Source of the DNA: Octopus sinensis
Lineage: Eukaryota
Direction of reading: 5' to 3'
NCBI RefSeq assembly: GCF_006345805.1
Contig: NC_043003.1
Location: 85,498,001 to 85,562,000, forward strand
Length of the DNA: 64,000 nt
Position numbers and translations under genes: made by a program. The notes beneath the pieces are model-generated. The model ran no database searches. It was given only the letters and a program-made list of their open reading frames with translations, and was not told the DNA's origin. Each line of letters opens with the position of its first letter. Position 1 is the stretch's first letter. Below, in pieces: positions 24,711 through 37,843 of the stretch.

Positions 24711-25884
24711 AAGATTCACAAGGCTTCGTCTCATTTTCTTTGTACAGAACATCTGATAATAAATTTTTTAAAACTATTTCAATGTTTTTCACTGGGATAT
24801 TCATTCAAACTGATGAAGTTTTGCATGGTAAGGATGGAATCAACATCTGTGGTTGTACCATAGAAACTACTCTACCACATAGCCATTTGATCAAATCTGT
24901 TGCTAATATGATAGTGTTGCCAACATGTAGAATTGATCCTCTTGATTCTGATACTTCTATTGAAAAATAGAATGACTGTAAACAGCCTTTTGATGTTTAT
25001 AGTCAGAAAAGGGAGTGAACATCATCATCATCATCATCATCACTTAACATTCATTTTCCATGCTGACATGGGTTAGATGGTTTGACAGTAATTGGCCAGC
25101 TGGAGAGCTGTCCAAATTCCAATTATTTGTTGTAGCATGATTTCTACAGCTGGATGTCCTTCCTAATGCCAACAGCTTTACAGAGTGTACTGGGTGCTTT
25201 TTATGTGCCCCTAATTTTTTGTTGTTTATATAGTATTGAAGGTCAATCACATGACATTTAGAGAGAATAGGTTATTTATGGGTTTTTTATCTTGTTCTTT
25301 TAGGTTTTTCCATATTTGTATGGAATATTTGGTTTGCCCTTCCTATCACTAATCTTTACTCATTTTTCAAGTAAGAGAGCTCTTATTCCTCATCTTCAAT
25401 GACACAAAGCTTGTAGATAATTTGTTGATGGGGAAAATAACATCATCATAGCTTGCAGCTGAGCAATTATGGAAAAGTGCAAACACAAATACACATACAC
25501 TCTCTCATATACTCACACATGTACACACAAATAATGAGAGGGAGAAAGGCTTCTTTCAGTTTCCATTTACCAAACTTACTCACAAGGCTTTGGTTTGCGT
25601 GCTGCACGGCAGGCTTGAACTTGAAACCACATAGTTTGTGAGTAAACTTCCTGACCACCTGGCCATTCCTCTGCTATTAAGTAAAGTAAAAGTAACTCTT
25701 TATTTTTAACACCAAATAATAGAAAGAAGATGGATACAAAATACTGTAGCTTAAGAATATATCAACTGGAAACTTCTGGAAATTTAATTTCTTCTATCCA
25801 ACACTACTGAGAGAAAAATTAAATGAAAATTAATAATTCTTTGACACTGATTTTGATTGGGGGTTTCTGATTGTATTTTTAAAG

Positions 25885-26086
25885 ATAATCTTACGTGCCG
25901 GTGGCACATAAAAAGCACCCACTATACTCACAGAGTGGTTGGCGTTAGGAAGGGCATCCAGCCGTAGAAACATTGCCAGATCAGACTGGGCCTGGTGCAG
26001 CCTTCTGGCTTCCCAGACCCCAGTTGCACCGTCCAACCCATGCCAGCATGGAAAGCGGACGCTAAACGATGATGATGATGATGATG
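25885..26086 (+). mobile_element. RTE-derived tail
   Basis: AAAGCACCCACTATACTC...GATGATGATG. Confidence 0.85.
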
Positions 26087-26199
26087 AATCTTATTGGTAG
26101 AACATAAAAGAAAAACATCTTGAAGTAATTTAATTACTTCTTTTTACTCTTGAAATCATTTTTATTCTCTTCTGGACTTAATAAAATGAGTACCAGTCA

Positions 26200-26960
26200 A
26201 CCACTGGGATTGGGATAATCAACAATGCACTTTATGTTCTGAGTTCAAATATTGCTGTGGTTGACTTTGCCTTTCATCGTTTTGAGGTTGATACAATAAA
26301 TACCAGTTAAGCACATGTAATTGATTAGTCTCCTCCCCACAAATTTCAGGCCTTGTACCTATAGTGGAAACGATTATTTTAAAAACCATTAGCTGGCAGA
26401 ATCATTAGCATGTCCTGTGTTCAACTTCAACGAGGGTCACTTTCACCTTTCATCATTTCACAGTCGATAACATAAAGTACCAGTCAAATTATTGGTTGAT
26501 GTAATTGACTTTCCCACTCACTCAAAATTGCTGGCATGTACCAAACTGTGGAAAAATTATTGAAAAGGCAGAATTGTTACTGTGCCAGACCAAATACTTG
26601 GCAGTACTTTTGGCTCTTGTGTTCAAATGCTGCTGAGATTGACCTAGCCTTTCACTTTTCAGGGTCAATAGAATAAGTACCAGTTTAGCACTGGAGTTGA
26701 TCTAATTGACTTCCCTCTCCCCTTAAGCTTATTCTTGTACCAAAATTAGAATGAATTATTATTATTATTATTAAAACATTTGTAAAATAAATTACCATTC
26801 AAATACTGTTGATCTGTTCCACTATATTCTCTCATAAAATCTGTAACCATCAGGCTACAGAAATCATTATTAATCAGACAAGTACTGGAGTTGATGCTGT
26901 CAACTAACCCACTTCCTTAAACTTCAAGCTTTGTGCTATATTAGAAACAATTATTATTGC
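26200..26960 (+). mobile_element. Cluster of decayed SINE family B copies
   Basis: Repeated GAGTTCAAAT/TTTGCCTTTCATC/GTACCAG remnants; about four copies. Confidence 0.65.
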
Positions 26961-27059
26961 AGATACAGTGGATTATTCAAAGCCCTCTGCTATCAGCCAG
27001 CTTGTACTAACTCAACAACAAAAACACATTGGATCAAAAGGAGCAGCAATCCCAGAGTC

Positions 27060-27735
27060 AAACAGTGCATGACCTGGGGATAGATAGGAAGCATCATTTC
27101 ATATATATATATATATCACCGAGAAGGTACCAATGTACAGGTTGCACTCAGAGAACTTTCAGAACAAAAGATCAGGAAACAATGCTGTTCTTATGGAGGA
27201 CATTTGTCCTCAGCCATCTGGACTACTGCTCTCAACTATTGTCACCTAGTATAAATTTTATAGCTGAACTTGAGACAGCTCAGCAGTGCTACACTAAGAA
27301 AATTGCATCAGTAAAACACTTTAGCTACTGAGAAATTCTAAAGGGGCTGGCACCAAACTTTGGTATCAAGAGTTATACAAGTTCCCAAAGAGGGTGTCAC
27401 TACACTGTTCCAAAGGTTCCACCCATCCCATCTTGAGTGAGGACCAGATAGTGCAACAGCTTGGGATTCAAAGGCCCACAGCTATCTAAAATCTTGCAAG
27501 TGAACCCAGGAGATCTACATGGTGTGGGGGTTAGATGTTTTCAAGAAGCACCTTGATCTTTTACTGTCCAAGATCCCAGATGAATCTATATTGTGACAAG
27601 AAATGCAAATGAGGGTAGCAATATCAAACTCTCACATTCATCAAAAGTCAACCACATAAGAATAGCTTTTGAAAAGGTTATAATACTGGGGTTGGCCCAA
27701 GATGGTCACAGCCTTTAGGCTGAAATACATAAAAG
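27060..27735 (+). mobile_element. CR1/L2-group LINE 3' fragment
   Basis: HDLGID...LWRTFVLSHLDYCSQLLSP...ELETAQQCYTKKI...SY*EILKGL; its tail resembles the SINE-A tail. Confidence 0.75.
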
Positions 27736-27923
27736 TGTGTTTGCATATGTATGCATGTATGTGTTTCTGTGTGTATGTATATATATGTATATGTAAGAGA
27801 AATAATTAACATTCAATTGAATTAATTTGAGGCACCAAGTCAGTCAAGTATGGTCTGCACAGCTTGAAATTAGGTGAATAAAAAGCAAATAAGTAACAAG
27901 GATGTCCAGGTTGCCGAAACCGG

Positions 27924-28854
27924 GTATTATTACTATCCTCATCATCATCATTGTTCGACCGTGGTCGAGACAATGGAATTTACCATGCTACGCCAGACTT
28001 CACGGTCCATCATGGCATTACGGAGGTCCTGTTGCTGGATGCCTGTATCCCTGGAGATTACATCAGGGTAGGAGAGTGTGCGCCCTCTGGTATTGCGAGT
28101 AGATGGCTTCCAGAGGAGAAGAGTAGAAATTACTTCTTTTTAAGCTCTACAACAATGTCCAACAAACTGGACTCTCCTACCTTTCACAAGAGATGACACT
28201 GCTAGCATCTCTGTAACCTCTCTAACACGTGCACTCCCTTTCCTCAACCCTTCCCCAATACCTACATCTTTCCCCTTCCCCTATCTCTTCCTCCATATAT
28301 TCTTGCAAACCCTCATTCCCCTCACCCATTACTACTTCTATTACCTGAAGTGCCTCCTGAACACCTCATCACCACTATCTATCTCCTTGGAGATACCTCT
28401 AATTCATTATCTCTCTCTCCTTTCTCCTAAATACTAGTAGCTCCTCTACAGCAACAACCTGCAGTACCCCAACCTCTTCACTTATACCTTAATCCTCATT
28501 TAATCTATGCAGTATCATCCCTCCCTGGATTTGTTAACTTGCAAGCTACATGATGATTTCAATAGTGTCACTGACATAAACAAAGTACCCAGTATGCACT
28601 GTAAACTAGTTTGTGTAAAGAAGGGCATCAAGCCATAGAAACCATGTCACAGTAGACGTCTTTGGTTCAATGAAAAACAGTCTTTAGTGACAACAATTTG
28701 ATGAGGTGAAAGCAGCTGTGAAGAAGTGAGTACAACAGTATAAGAGCTGAGTTCAGTAAGGACATAAAGGCATTGCTTGTGATGGAGGCTGTTGATTAGT
28801 ACCTTTATATAGAGGAAGACTTACTTGAGCAATTTGTGCAGTTTGAATGGCCTA
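27924..28854. repeat. Left arm of an inverted duplication (partner 35497-36120)
   Basis: 28198-28854 is the reverse complement of 35497-36104 (high identity, two indels). 27924-27939 matches 36105-36120. Confidence 0.9.
27940..28197 (-). mobile_element. 5'-truncated RTE/RTE-X LINE inserted into the left arm of the inverted duplication
   Basis: Minus translation RRVQFVGHCCRA...LLLWKP...RGRTLSYPD...MMDREVWRSMV plus (GAT)n. Confidence 0.75.
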
Positions 28855-30045
28855 AGAGAGAGCGATTGTATGAGGGAAGTTCTTTTGAAGTTGGCGTGCA
28901 TCGGAAGCATTGATGTACATGTGTGCGTGCGTGTGTGTTTGATGGGGTGTGAGAGACAGAAAGTGTGGTGTGTGAGTAAAGTGCTTTTGTTAGCGTGTGT
29001 TAAGAGACAGAGAGAGTAATGTTGTTGCTGTATGTGTATGTGTGAAAGAGAGAGAGATAACTGAAATTTTTTTATTCCCTTTTTATAGTGAGTGACTGAG
29101 AGAGAGAGAGGTTCAGTGACACACACGCACGATCGTTGTTATGTGCATGTATGTGTGTGTGTGAATGGCTTCAGTGACACTCACACAAAAACACATACCT
29201 ATGTACACCTATTGCATGCCTGTTGTACGTATACATGTGCGTGTAAGGGAGGGAGGGGGAAAGAAACAGAGAGAGATGGTGTTTTTTTTGTTTTTGCTGC
29301 TTGTTTGCATATATGTTTATGGGTAATCTTTCGTTTTAACTCGCAATAATGTAAACACTGAGTCGGTGATTTCCGTAACCGCATGTTGTCTTGTCAATTG
29401 TCAAGAGAACGTTAATGGGTTGTGCGTGCGTGCTTGTTCCTGTGTGTGCGCGCGTGCTTATTCTTGTCTGAGTGCGTGCTTGTTCTTGTTTGTACGTGTG
29501 TGTGTGCTTGTTTTTCTGTGTATGTGTGTGTCTGTTTTGTTTTTTTTTTTTGTATTTATATAGGCGCAGGAGTGGCTGTGTGGTAAGTAGCTTGCTAACC
29601 AACCACATGGTTCCGGGTTCAGTCCCACTGCGTTGCATCTTGAGCAAGTGTCTTCTGCTATAGCCCCGGGCCGACCAATGCCTTGTGAGTGGATTTGGTA
29701 GACGGAAACTGAAAGAAGCCTGTCGTGTATATGTATGTATGTGTATGCGTTTGTCCCCCTAGCATTGCTTGACAACCGATGCTGGTGTGTTTACGTCCCC
29801 GTGACTTAGCGGTTCGGCAAAAGTGACCGATAGAATAAGTGCTGGGCTTACAAAGAATAAGTCCCGGGGTCGATTTGCTCGACTAAAGGCGGTGCTCCAG
29901 CATGGCCGCAGTCAAATGACTGAAACATGTAAAAGAGTAAAGAGATATGTTGTGGAATGTAGAAATAACACACAGAGGAACGAACATGCACACACACAGA
30001 CGGAACGTCAACTTCAAAAGAACTTCCCCGATCCAATCGTGCTCT
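28855..30045. mobile_element. MITE-related, (TG)-rich element with inverted subterminal motif, interrupted by a SINE
   Basis: GGGAAGTTCTTTTGAAGTT at ~28873 and its reverse complement at ~30010. 28855-29080 matches the interior of the 63093-63504 MITE. Confidence 0.55.
29563..29944 (+). mobile_element. SINE family A, full length
   Basis: GGCGCAGGAGTGG head through GTAAAAGAG tail. Confidence 0.9.
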
Positions 30046-30535
30046 ATCTGTCTGGCTTTTACGCCGACTTGAAAAGATACCCTTCCCTCCACCCCACATA
30101 TATTAAAAAATACAAATTTTATGGAAAGTGACGATCTTCTTCAAATGTAAACAAAAGCAGGTACTTCATTTTTGATGTAAATGGTACTCATAACAAAAGA
30201 CTGCCAGTGGGGCGAAATAAACACTACGTAGTGTAATAGTACTACGCTAGGGTATTTAGAAAGTTGAATGTGATTGCGGAATATGACGAGGAAAAATTCG
30301 GATCTTGGGAATTTTCCGAAAGTCCTCTCCCCCATAAATTATTTTCAGGCTAAAACATTTTTAAGGATTTTTATGCCGTTTAAATGGTATTTATATGAAA
30401 TTTCATTGAAAAAAAAACCCAATTTCCTAAAAGTTAGGGAAAAACTCAGATCTTGTGAATTTTCTGAGGTCCTCTTTTCCACCCTCCTGTTGCTTTGCGC
30501 TTTTTGTTTTTTTTCCGTATTCGTTTCCTACACAT

Positions 30536-31316
30536 AGTCGTTAGCACGCCGGGCGAAATGCTTAGTGGTATTTCGTCTGCGTAACGTTGTGAGTTCAAAT
30601 TCCGCCGAGGTCGACTTTGCCTTTCATCCTTTCGGGGTCGATAAATTAAGTACCAGTTACGCACTGGGGTCGATGTAATCGACTTAATACCTATGTCTGT
30701 CCTTGTTTGTTCCCTCTGTGTTTAGCCCCCTGTGGGTAATAAAGAAATAGGTATTTCGTCTGCTGTTACGTTGTGAGTTCCGCCGAGGTCGACTTTGCCT
30801 TTCATCCTTTCGGGGTCGATTAAAGAAGTACCAGTTACGCACTGGGGTCGATATAATCGACTTAATCCGTGTGTCTGTCCTTGTTTATCCCCTCTGTGTT
30901 TAGCCCCTTGTGGGTAGTAAAGAAATAGGTATTTTGTCTGCGGTTACGTTCTGAGTTCAAATCCCGCCGAGGTCGACTTTGCCTTTCATCCTTTCGGGGT
31001 CGATTAAAGAAGTACCAGTTACGCACTGGGGTCGATATAATCGACTTAATCCGTGTGTCTGTCCTTGTTTATCCCCTCTGTGTTTAGCCCCTTGTGGGTA
31101 GTAAAGAAATAGGTATTTTGTCTGCGGTTACGTTCTGAGTTCAAATCCCGCCGAGGTCGACTTTGCCTTTCATCCTTTCGGGGTCGATTAAAGAAGTACC
31201 AGTTACGCACTGAGGTTAATATAATCGACTAAATCCGTTTGTCCTTGTTTGTCCCTTCTGTGTTTAGCCCCTTGTGGGTAGTAAAGAAATAGGTATTTCG
31301 TCTCTCTTTAGAAATC
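30536..31316 (+). mobile_element. Tandem array of four ~180-bp SINE family B units flanked by a 17-bp direct repeat
   Basis: GGTATTT(C/T)GTC junction motif at 30567, 30750, 30928, 31112 and 31292. ATTCGTTTCCTACACAT at 30519-30535 and 31317-31333. Confidence 0.9.
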
Positions 31317-31504
31317 ATTCGTTTCCTACACATTTTTTTCTGATTTTCGTTTCCGGGTTAAGTTGTAAACATAAAACATTTTTTTTTCAGAATCATAATC
31401 TCCGCAGTCGAAAAGGTGGGCTTCTGTAGAATTTAGAAACACAATCCCCCCCCCCCCCCAAAAAAAGCGGGTGTGGTCCATGTCCTTTACCTCTGCCAAA
31501 CTTT

Positions 31505-31915
<411 letters not shown>

Positions 31916-32137
31916 CGAAAATAAAGTTTTCCGAGTAAATATGTAAATAGTTGGAAATATATTAATTCAATATTCTCTTCAGTTGCATATTTTCAAATTA
32001 TTTTTGTAAATTCTTAATGTTTCTAGTTTTTGTACATAAACTGAAAGATCGCTAGTATTTTGCTTCTTTTCTTTCTTTTTTTCTGCTTTTTTCGTATGTA
32101 TTGATGGGAAAATGTTTCCAAGTTAGTTGCTGAAATA

Positions 32138-33127
32138 ATGGCGGAAGTAAATGTATTACCCAAAGAAAGATTAGATGAGTTAAAAGAAGAAAGATTAGAT
32201 GAGTTACGTCGCAAGTTATGGGAAGATTATGAAACAATGAAGGACTGTATCCCGGAGGAGCAGAGGCAGAAAGTATACAAAGGTTATTTCAACAACGTTG
32301 GTATACTAAGCGTGTCTGAATCCGTAAAGAAACATATGGTCTTAAGAATCGGGGCTTCGTTGGATTTTGACATTGAAGAAATTGAAACCACTATTAAAAA
32401 TACTAGCGATCATAAAGGTACTCTCAGTGATATTTTGAAAGTGTTTTTGTCAGATAGTTTAATTAGTGATTGGGACTTTTACCAGAAATTGCGCAAGATT
32501 CTTCGACGATATGAATTACAAGATAAGAAAAACGCTGTGGATCTGAAAGCGCCCTATGAAAAGTGGATTGAAGTAAACATTCCTATCGACACAATCCTCA
32601 AACAACTTGACTGGGGAAGTATGAAAGAACCCTATTCATATATTCTATGTGTGGACGATTTAAATAAACTTAAGCCTGGTACACCTATTCCTTCCGCTTA
32701 TCTGCTGTTTAAAATATATTCAAATTTGATCGTTTGTTGCAAAAATTGCGAGAATGAAACTATCAAAAAATTCAAAGGTGATCTGGAAAAACTATTGAAT
32801 GATAAGTTCTATTTTTGTTTCTTCCCCTGGAAGAAAACATTTATCATAAAAGCTGAAGAACAAGTAAAATGCACATATTCAAACCAAACATTGATTGATA
32901 TAGTCGACAACATATTTCCGAGTTGCTTTTATTCTGACTCTCTTTTAGATGGAAATAAGATATCTGATAGAGATAAGAAAGATCGCAAGGAATTATGGAA
33001 TAAACATTTGATACAATTAAAAACGAAGGAAACTCTCCATAATTATAGAGTGGATCTTCCAGAAAAAAAAAAAGTTAAATTTCGTAAAATACGAAGTGAA
33101 TCATCATCGGTTGAAGATTTTTTGTAA
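32138..33127 (+). CDS. Intronless 329-aa uncharacterised protein, possibly tandem death-fold (DD plus CARD-like)
   Basis: 990-nt open frame in AT-rich non-repetitive DNA, strong Kozak context (ATAATGG), normal amino-acid complexity. The domain call is by-eye pattern matching only. Confidence 0.75.
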   Translation: MAEVNVLPKERLDELKEERLDELRRKLWEDYETMKDCIPEEQRQKVYKGYFNNVGILSVSESVKKHMVLRIGASLDFDIEEIETTIKNTSDHKGTLSDILKVFLSDSLISDWDFYQKLRKILRRYELQDKKNAVDLKAPYEKWIEVNIPIDTILKQLDWGSMKEPYSYILCVDDLNKLKPGTPIPSAYLLFKIYSNLIVCCKNCENETIKKFKGDLEKLLNDKFYFCFFPWKKTFIIKAEEQVKCTYSNQTLIDIVDNIFPSCFYSDSLLDGNKISDRDKKDRKELWNKHLIQLKTKETLHNYRVDLPEKKKVKFRKIRSESSSVEDFL

Positions 33128-35496
33128 TGATTCCTTTATCGATATGTAGGCAAAGACACTTTTTTCAACTCTTCATCTCAATTTCATATTCTCTTTCAAA
33201 TCCAACGACATTTCAGCCAACTCAAATTCTCATCTCCTGGCTCATAATTTTCTAGGTCTACGAACCATTGTATCTTCTCTCAAATAATCTTAAATAATAA
33301 TATAATGTAAGTTAAATATACACCATTTTATGAGAAACAAATATTAATATTTAATAATTAATGTTATAAAGTTTAATAATTAAATTAATTTTTTGATCTG
33401 CTGTTCAAAGGGTAAAGATCCCCCTAAAACCCTAACCCTAACCGTAACTACAGAAATGTTTTAAAATTTTTGTCTGAATCATAATGTCCACATTTTCCCA
33501 CAGATTTAGAAAAAAGAAAATTCTACAAAGATTTTTGGAAATTTTTTTCAAAATCATAATCTCTGTATTTTTCCGCATATATTGAAAAAAAAAACATTCT
33601 GAAAAAAGTAAAAAATGAATTAAATGGGGGTGGGGGTGTTAATTTTAAAAGGCCGATTTTTGCCAATTTTTTTAGCAGATTCATATTCCCCGTAACTGAA
33701 AAGTGGAGTTTGTGTCGGAAAAAAATTTTTTTAAAGGTGGTTTTTGGTGAGGAACGGGCGGAAGTCTTGCCTCATTTTCTCAAGAAATTAATGAAAGGTT
33801 GCAAGCATTTAGATTTTTGCAATTTTAGCAAGTTGAAAGTCTCTATTGCTAACATATTAGAAGTTGCACCTGTCTGCTTTCACGGTAACCCACGTGTGAT
33901 CATTGTTTACGCTCGCATTAACAATAGAAAATGTATAGATTATTGAAACTTGAATGCTTTTGAAGAGGAAATTAATGAATAATTAATAATAATTGATAAC
34001 GACTTGGAACTGTCACTGGTGATTGAAGTCCAAACAGACTTTCCGAATCAACTTCAGAAATATCCAAATTTTCTGATACTACATTAGGAGGAAAAGCAAA
34101 GAAATATATGAACAGAACAGAAATTCATAATTTTGTTCTAATCTCTTTAATAACACTGTTAAAAATATCTTTGGGTGTCTGTGTACATACATATACACAT
34201 ACAGACAAACTAAGGGAGAGAGAGAGGGAAGTTGCAATCCTAAATGAAAGTTAAGTTACAGATGAGCACATTTCACAAAAATTATAAAGGTTGATATTTC
34301 TCAAGTGACATATTTTCTTTATTACTTTTATGTTTTTCCTTATTGCTGGATATAGAAGGAAGAGACAGTATCCATGACCTTCGCAGGGCCTCTAATACTG
34401 ATGACATTAATGTCATGAATGCTCCTCTTGGACCTTTGAAAGTTTAGAAAAGTAAATTTAGCGTATTGATTGATTGATTGATTCTAGTTTCAGCTCATGA
34501 GCTGTGGCCATGCTGGGGCACCGCCAAACTGTATACAACAATTTTAGTAAGTAAGCTGAAAACAAATGCTTAGAACATAAAGGAAATAGCTATGCACTGT
34601 CTACAGAAAAGAAGTCAGTAGAAATTCTATAAGGCGTGCCCAGTGTAAACAATGAATACACAAAAGGTGTAGTGAAATCATAGACAAATTTACAGAGAAG
34701 GTAGATTTCATTTGAAGTACATGCCTCAAAACAATAAGCACTTACTGTCTGGTTAATAGATTTTCCCAAATACCTAGATGGTTTCTGTAAAATTAGATGA
34801 CAGCTTTTGCCACTAGGGTGACAAAATTAGCAATGGCAATGGATGTTTCAAAAGTCTGGTTGGTAGAATAAAAGTGGGTTAGAGAAAGTTCGAAGAGCTA
34901 TTACCACAGCTGGAAACAAAGAACGAAGAATGAAATATAAATGGACTAGCAGACTCATTGGGTATAAGAAGAATCGGATGTAGTGTGCAAGTTGCTATTA
35001 GTTACTTTTAAAGTCTTTTTCAAATAGCCTCAGAGAATAGTTAGATGTCAGTTTACCTGGAAAGAAACAATGCAGTTATTAATAAAAAAATTGGTGCATG
35101 CAAGATTTTACAGCTTGAACATTACTCCTTCATAGTTAGCCTATGAACTTTTCAGCTCACTCTTGTATAATAGTGTACACCTTGATTAATATCCCCATCT
35201 ACTTGGTAGCAAGGTTGTGAAAGAAAGCATCTTCTTTTGTTCATCATTGTTTAAATCTTGGGAAGGTCTTGCAGATTTTTTTCTGACTTCTGGATTCTTA
35301 GATGACAATATATATTTACATATACATCATCATCATTTAATATCTGTTGTCCATACTAGCATGGGGATGGTTATATTTTTGCCTGTTAATCGCACTGTAT
35401 CTTGAGCTTCACGTCAGCTATATTATTATTACAAACACACACACACAGAGTTAAGGGCTGTAGCAAAAGTGGGTATAGCTTTTTTATTGGCTGATG

Positions 35497-36120
35497 TAGG
35501 TCATTCAAAGTGCACAAATTGCTCAAGTAAGTCTTCCTCTATATAAAGGTACTAATCAACAGCCTCCATCACAAGCAATGCCTTTATGTCCTTACTGAAC
35601 TCAACTCTTACACTGTTGTACTCACTTCTTCACAGCTGCTTTCACCTCATCAAATTGTTGTCACCAAAGACGTCTACTGTGACATGGTTTCTATGGCTTG
35701 ATGCCCTTCTTTACACAAACTAGTTTACAGTGCATACTGGGTACTTTATTTGTGTCAATGATACTATTGAAATCATCATGTAGCTTGCAAGTTAGCAAAT
35801 CCAGGGAGGGTGGACACTGCATATATTAAATGAGGATTAAGGTATGAGTGAAGAGGTTGGGGCACTGCAGGTTGTTGCTGTAGAGGAGCTACTAGTATTT
35901 AAGAGAAAGGAGAGAGAGATAATGAATTAGAGGTATCTCCAAGGAGATAGATAGTGGTGATGTCGTGTTCAGGTAATAGAAGTAGTAGTGAGTGAGGGGA
36001 ATGAGGGTTTGCAAGAATATATGGAGGGAGGAAGATGTAGGTATTGGGGAAGGGTTGAGAAGAGGGAGTGCACATGTTAGAGAGGCTACAGAGATGCTAG
36101 CAGTAGGATAGTAATAATAC
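35497..36120. repeat. Right arm of the inverted duplication (partner 27924-28854)
   Basis: See left arm. Confidence 0.9.
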
Positions 36121-36429
36121 TGTTGACATTGGGAAGAAGAGAGATTATATGTTTGGATAGGCTGCAAAAGTGGGGAAGAGACATAAACAGGTATAATGCA
36201 TGAGAGATAATTTGGTGGCCTAGGAGGTAGAGATGGCCACTGTAACATGTGAGTGTGAAGAACAATATTACTGGGTGAAGAATGACTAACAAGTGAGATA
36301 GTTTTGAGTAGCAAAAATGAGATAAAAGTGATATCAGGTTAAGATTGAGGAAGAGCAGCAGTGGATAAATGGTAAGATGCAACATGAGCAGGAAATGATT
36401 GATTGAGAGACTCATATATACATACAAAT

Positions 36430-36657
36430 ATATATATAAAAAGCACCAAGAGATCGTGGCCGTTGCCAGCCTCTCCTGGCACGTAAAAAGCACCCACTAC
36501 ACTCACGGAGTGGTTGGCATTAGGAAGGGCATCCAGCTGTAGAAACACTGCCAGATCAGACTGGAGCCTGGTGCAGCCTCCTGGCTTCCCAGACCCCGGT
36601 TGAACCGTCCAACCCATGCTGGCACGGAAAACGGACGTTAAACGATGATGATGATGA
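36430..36657 (+). mobile_element. RTE-derived tail
   Basis: Same tail as 700-939. Confidence 0.85.
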
Positions 36658-37411
36658 TAGATAGATAGATAAAACTTACTTGGAAATGGATGTGTGGCGT
36701 TCAATCATATAATAATATAAATAATATATGTGCATATATACATACATATATGTACATACCTATATATATATATGTATATATACATGCATATATGGGTACA
36801 GAACATCAAAAAATGTGAACAAAATGAAAAACGAGAACATGAAAAACAATAACATGGAAAACAAACTCTTTTTTCAAACAACAAAAGAAACAAATAGAGA
36901 AACAAGACAGGCAACATAAAGAACAATCCCCTCATCAGTTGCTCCTGTTTTATCTACTCTGCGTTTCGAACATTGGGACAAGACACGACTTCGTTAAAAC
37001 AGTCATTCCCGCAAAGCAAATTAAATAAATTTTGGGATTTTGTGGAGGGTTAAAGTGGTAACAAAAACAGGACAGTAAGATCAAAACAGTAAAAATGGTA
37101 AAGGCTGTTAAGCTATTACGAGGTAATGTAGTGAACGCTGGAAAAAGGAGCTTTGACAGGAAACAGGCAAAAGTAGGTTTTGTCTCTTGTAAAGCAAGAG
37201 GAAGAAAGAACGATAGCCGCTGATCATGTGTGAGCAACAAGAGAGTCAAGGAGGAAGTTTGAGGGAGAGAAAGAGACCGGTGAAGTAGTAAGGAGAAGAA
37301 AAACAGAAAGAAAGAAGAATAATAGAGACAGTTTTAGAGTGCACATCAGAATTAAGATAAAACTTACTTGGAAATGGGTGCATGACAGTTGATCATATAA
37401 TAGTATAAATA

Positions 37412-37456
<45 letters not shown>

Positions 37457-37545
37457 AATCCAAAATAACAGAACAAACACAAGAAAAATACAAGACGTGG
37501 TACATGCAAAGTATTAGCAGACACCCAGTGAAGGAAAGAAAGGTA

Positions 37546-37580
37546 GTTTTACATTTCAAGCAAAGCTCTTCATCAGAAAC
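37546..37580 (-). ncRNA. Minimal type-I hammerhead-ribozyme-like motif, decayed
   Basis: Minus strand GTTT-CTGATGA-A-GAGC(TTT)GCTT-GAAA-TG-TA-AAAC; stem I is GTTT/AAAC. Confidence 0.55.
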
Positions 37581-37843
37581 AGCAGACAGAGGAAAGTTGA
37601 AGAGAAAAAGAAAATGAAGAAAAAAATCACCAACAATCCACATGTGGTTACATTTTGAAGTATATGTGTGTGTGTGTGTGTATTATATATATATATGTGT
37701 GTGTGTTTGTATATATATATATACACACACAAACACTATATATTATATGCATATAGTTGAAATTTATAGAAAAACAAATGACGAGGACAGGTCTATGAAA
37801 AACAAGCAAGTCTATTAGTTTGACATTTGGGAAAAATAAAAGT

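Noticed and set aside
30536-31316. CRISPR-like or satellite-like regular repeat
   Set aside because: The units are contiguous ~180-bp SINE copies with no unique spacers, there are no cas genes, and the context is eukaryotic.
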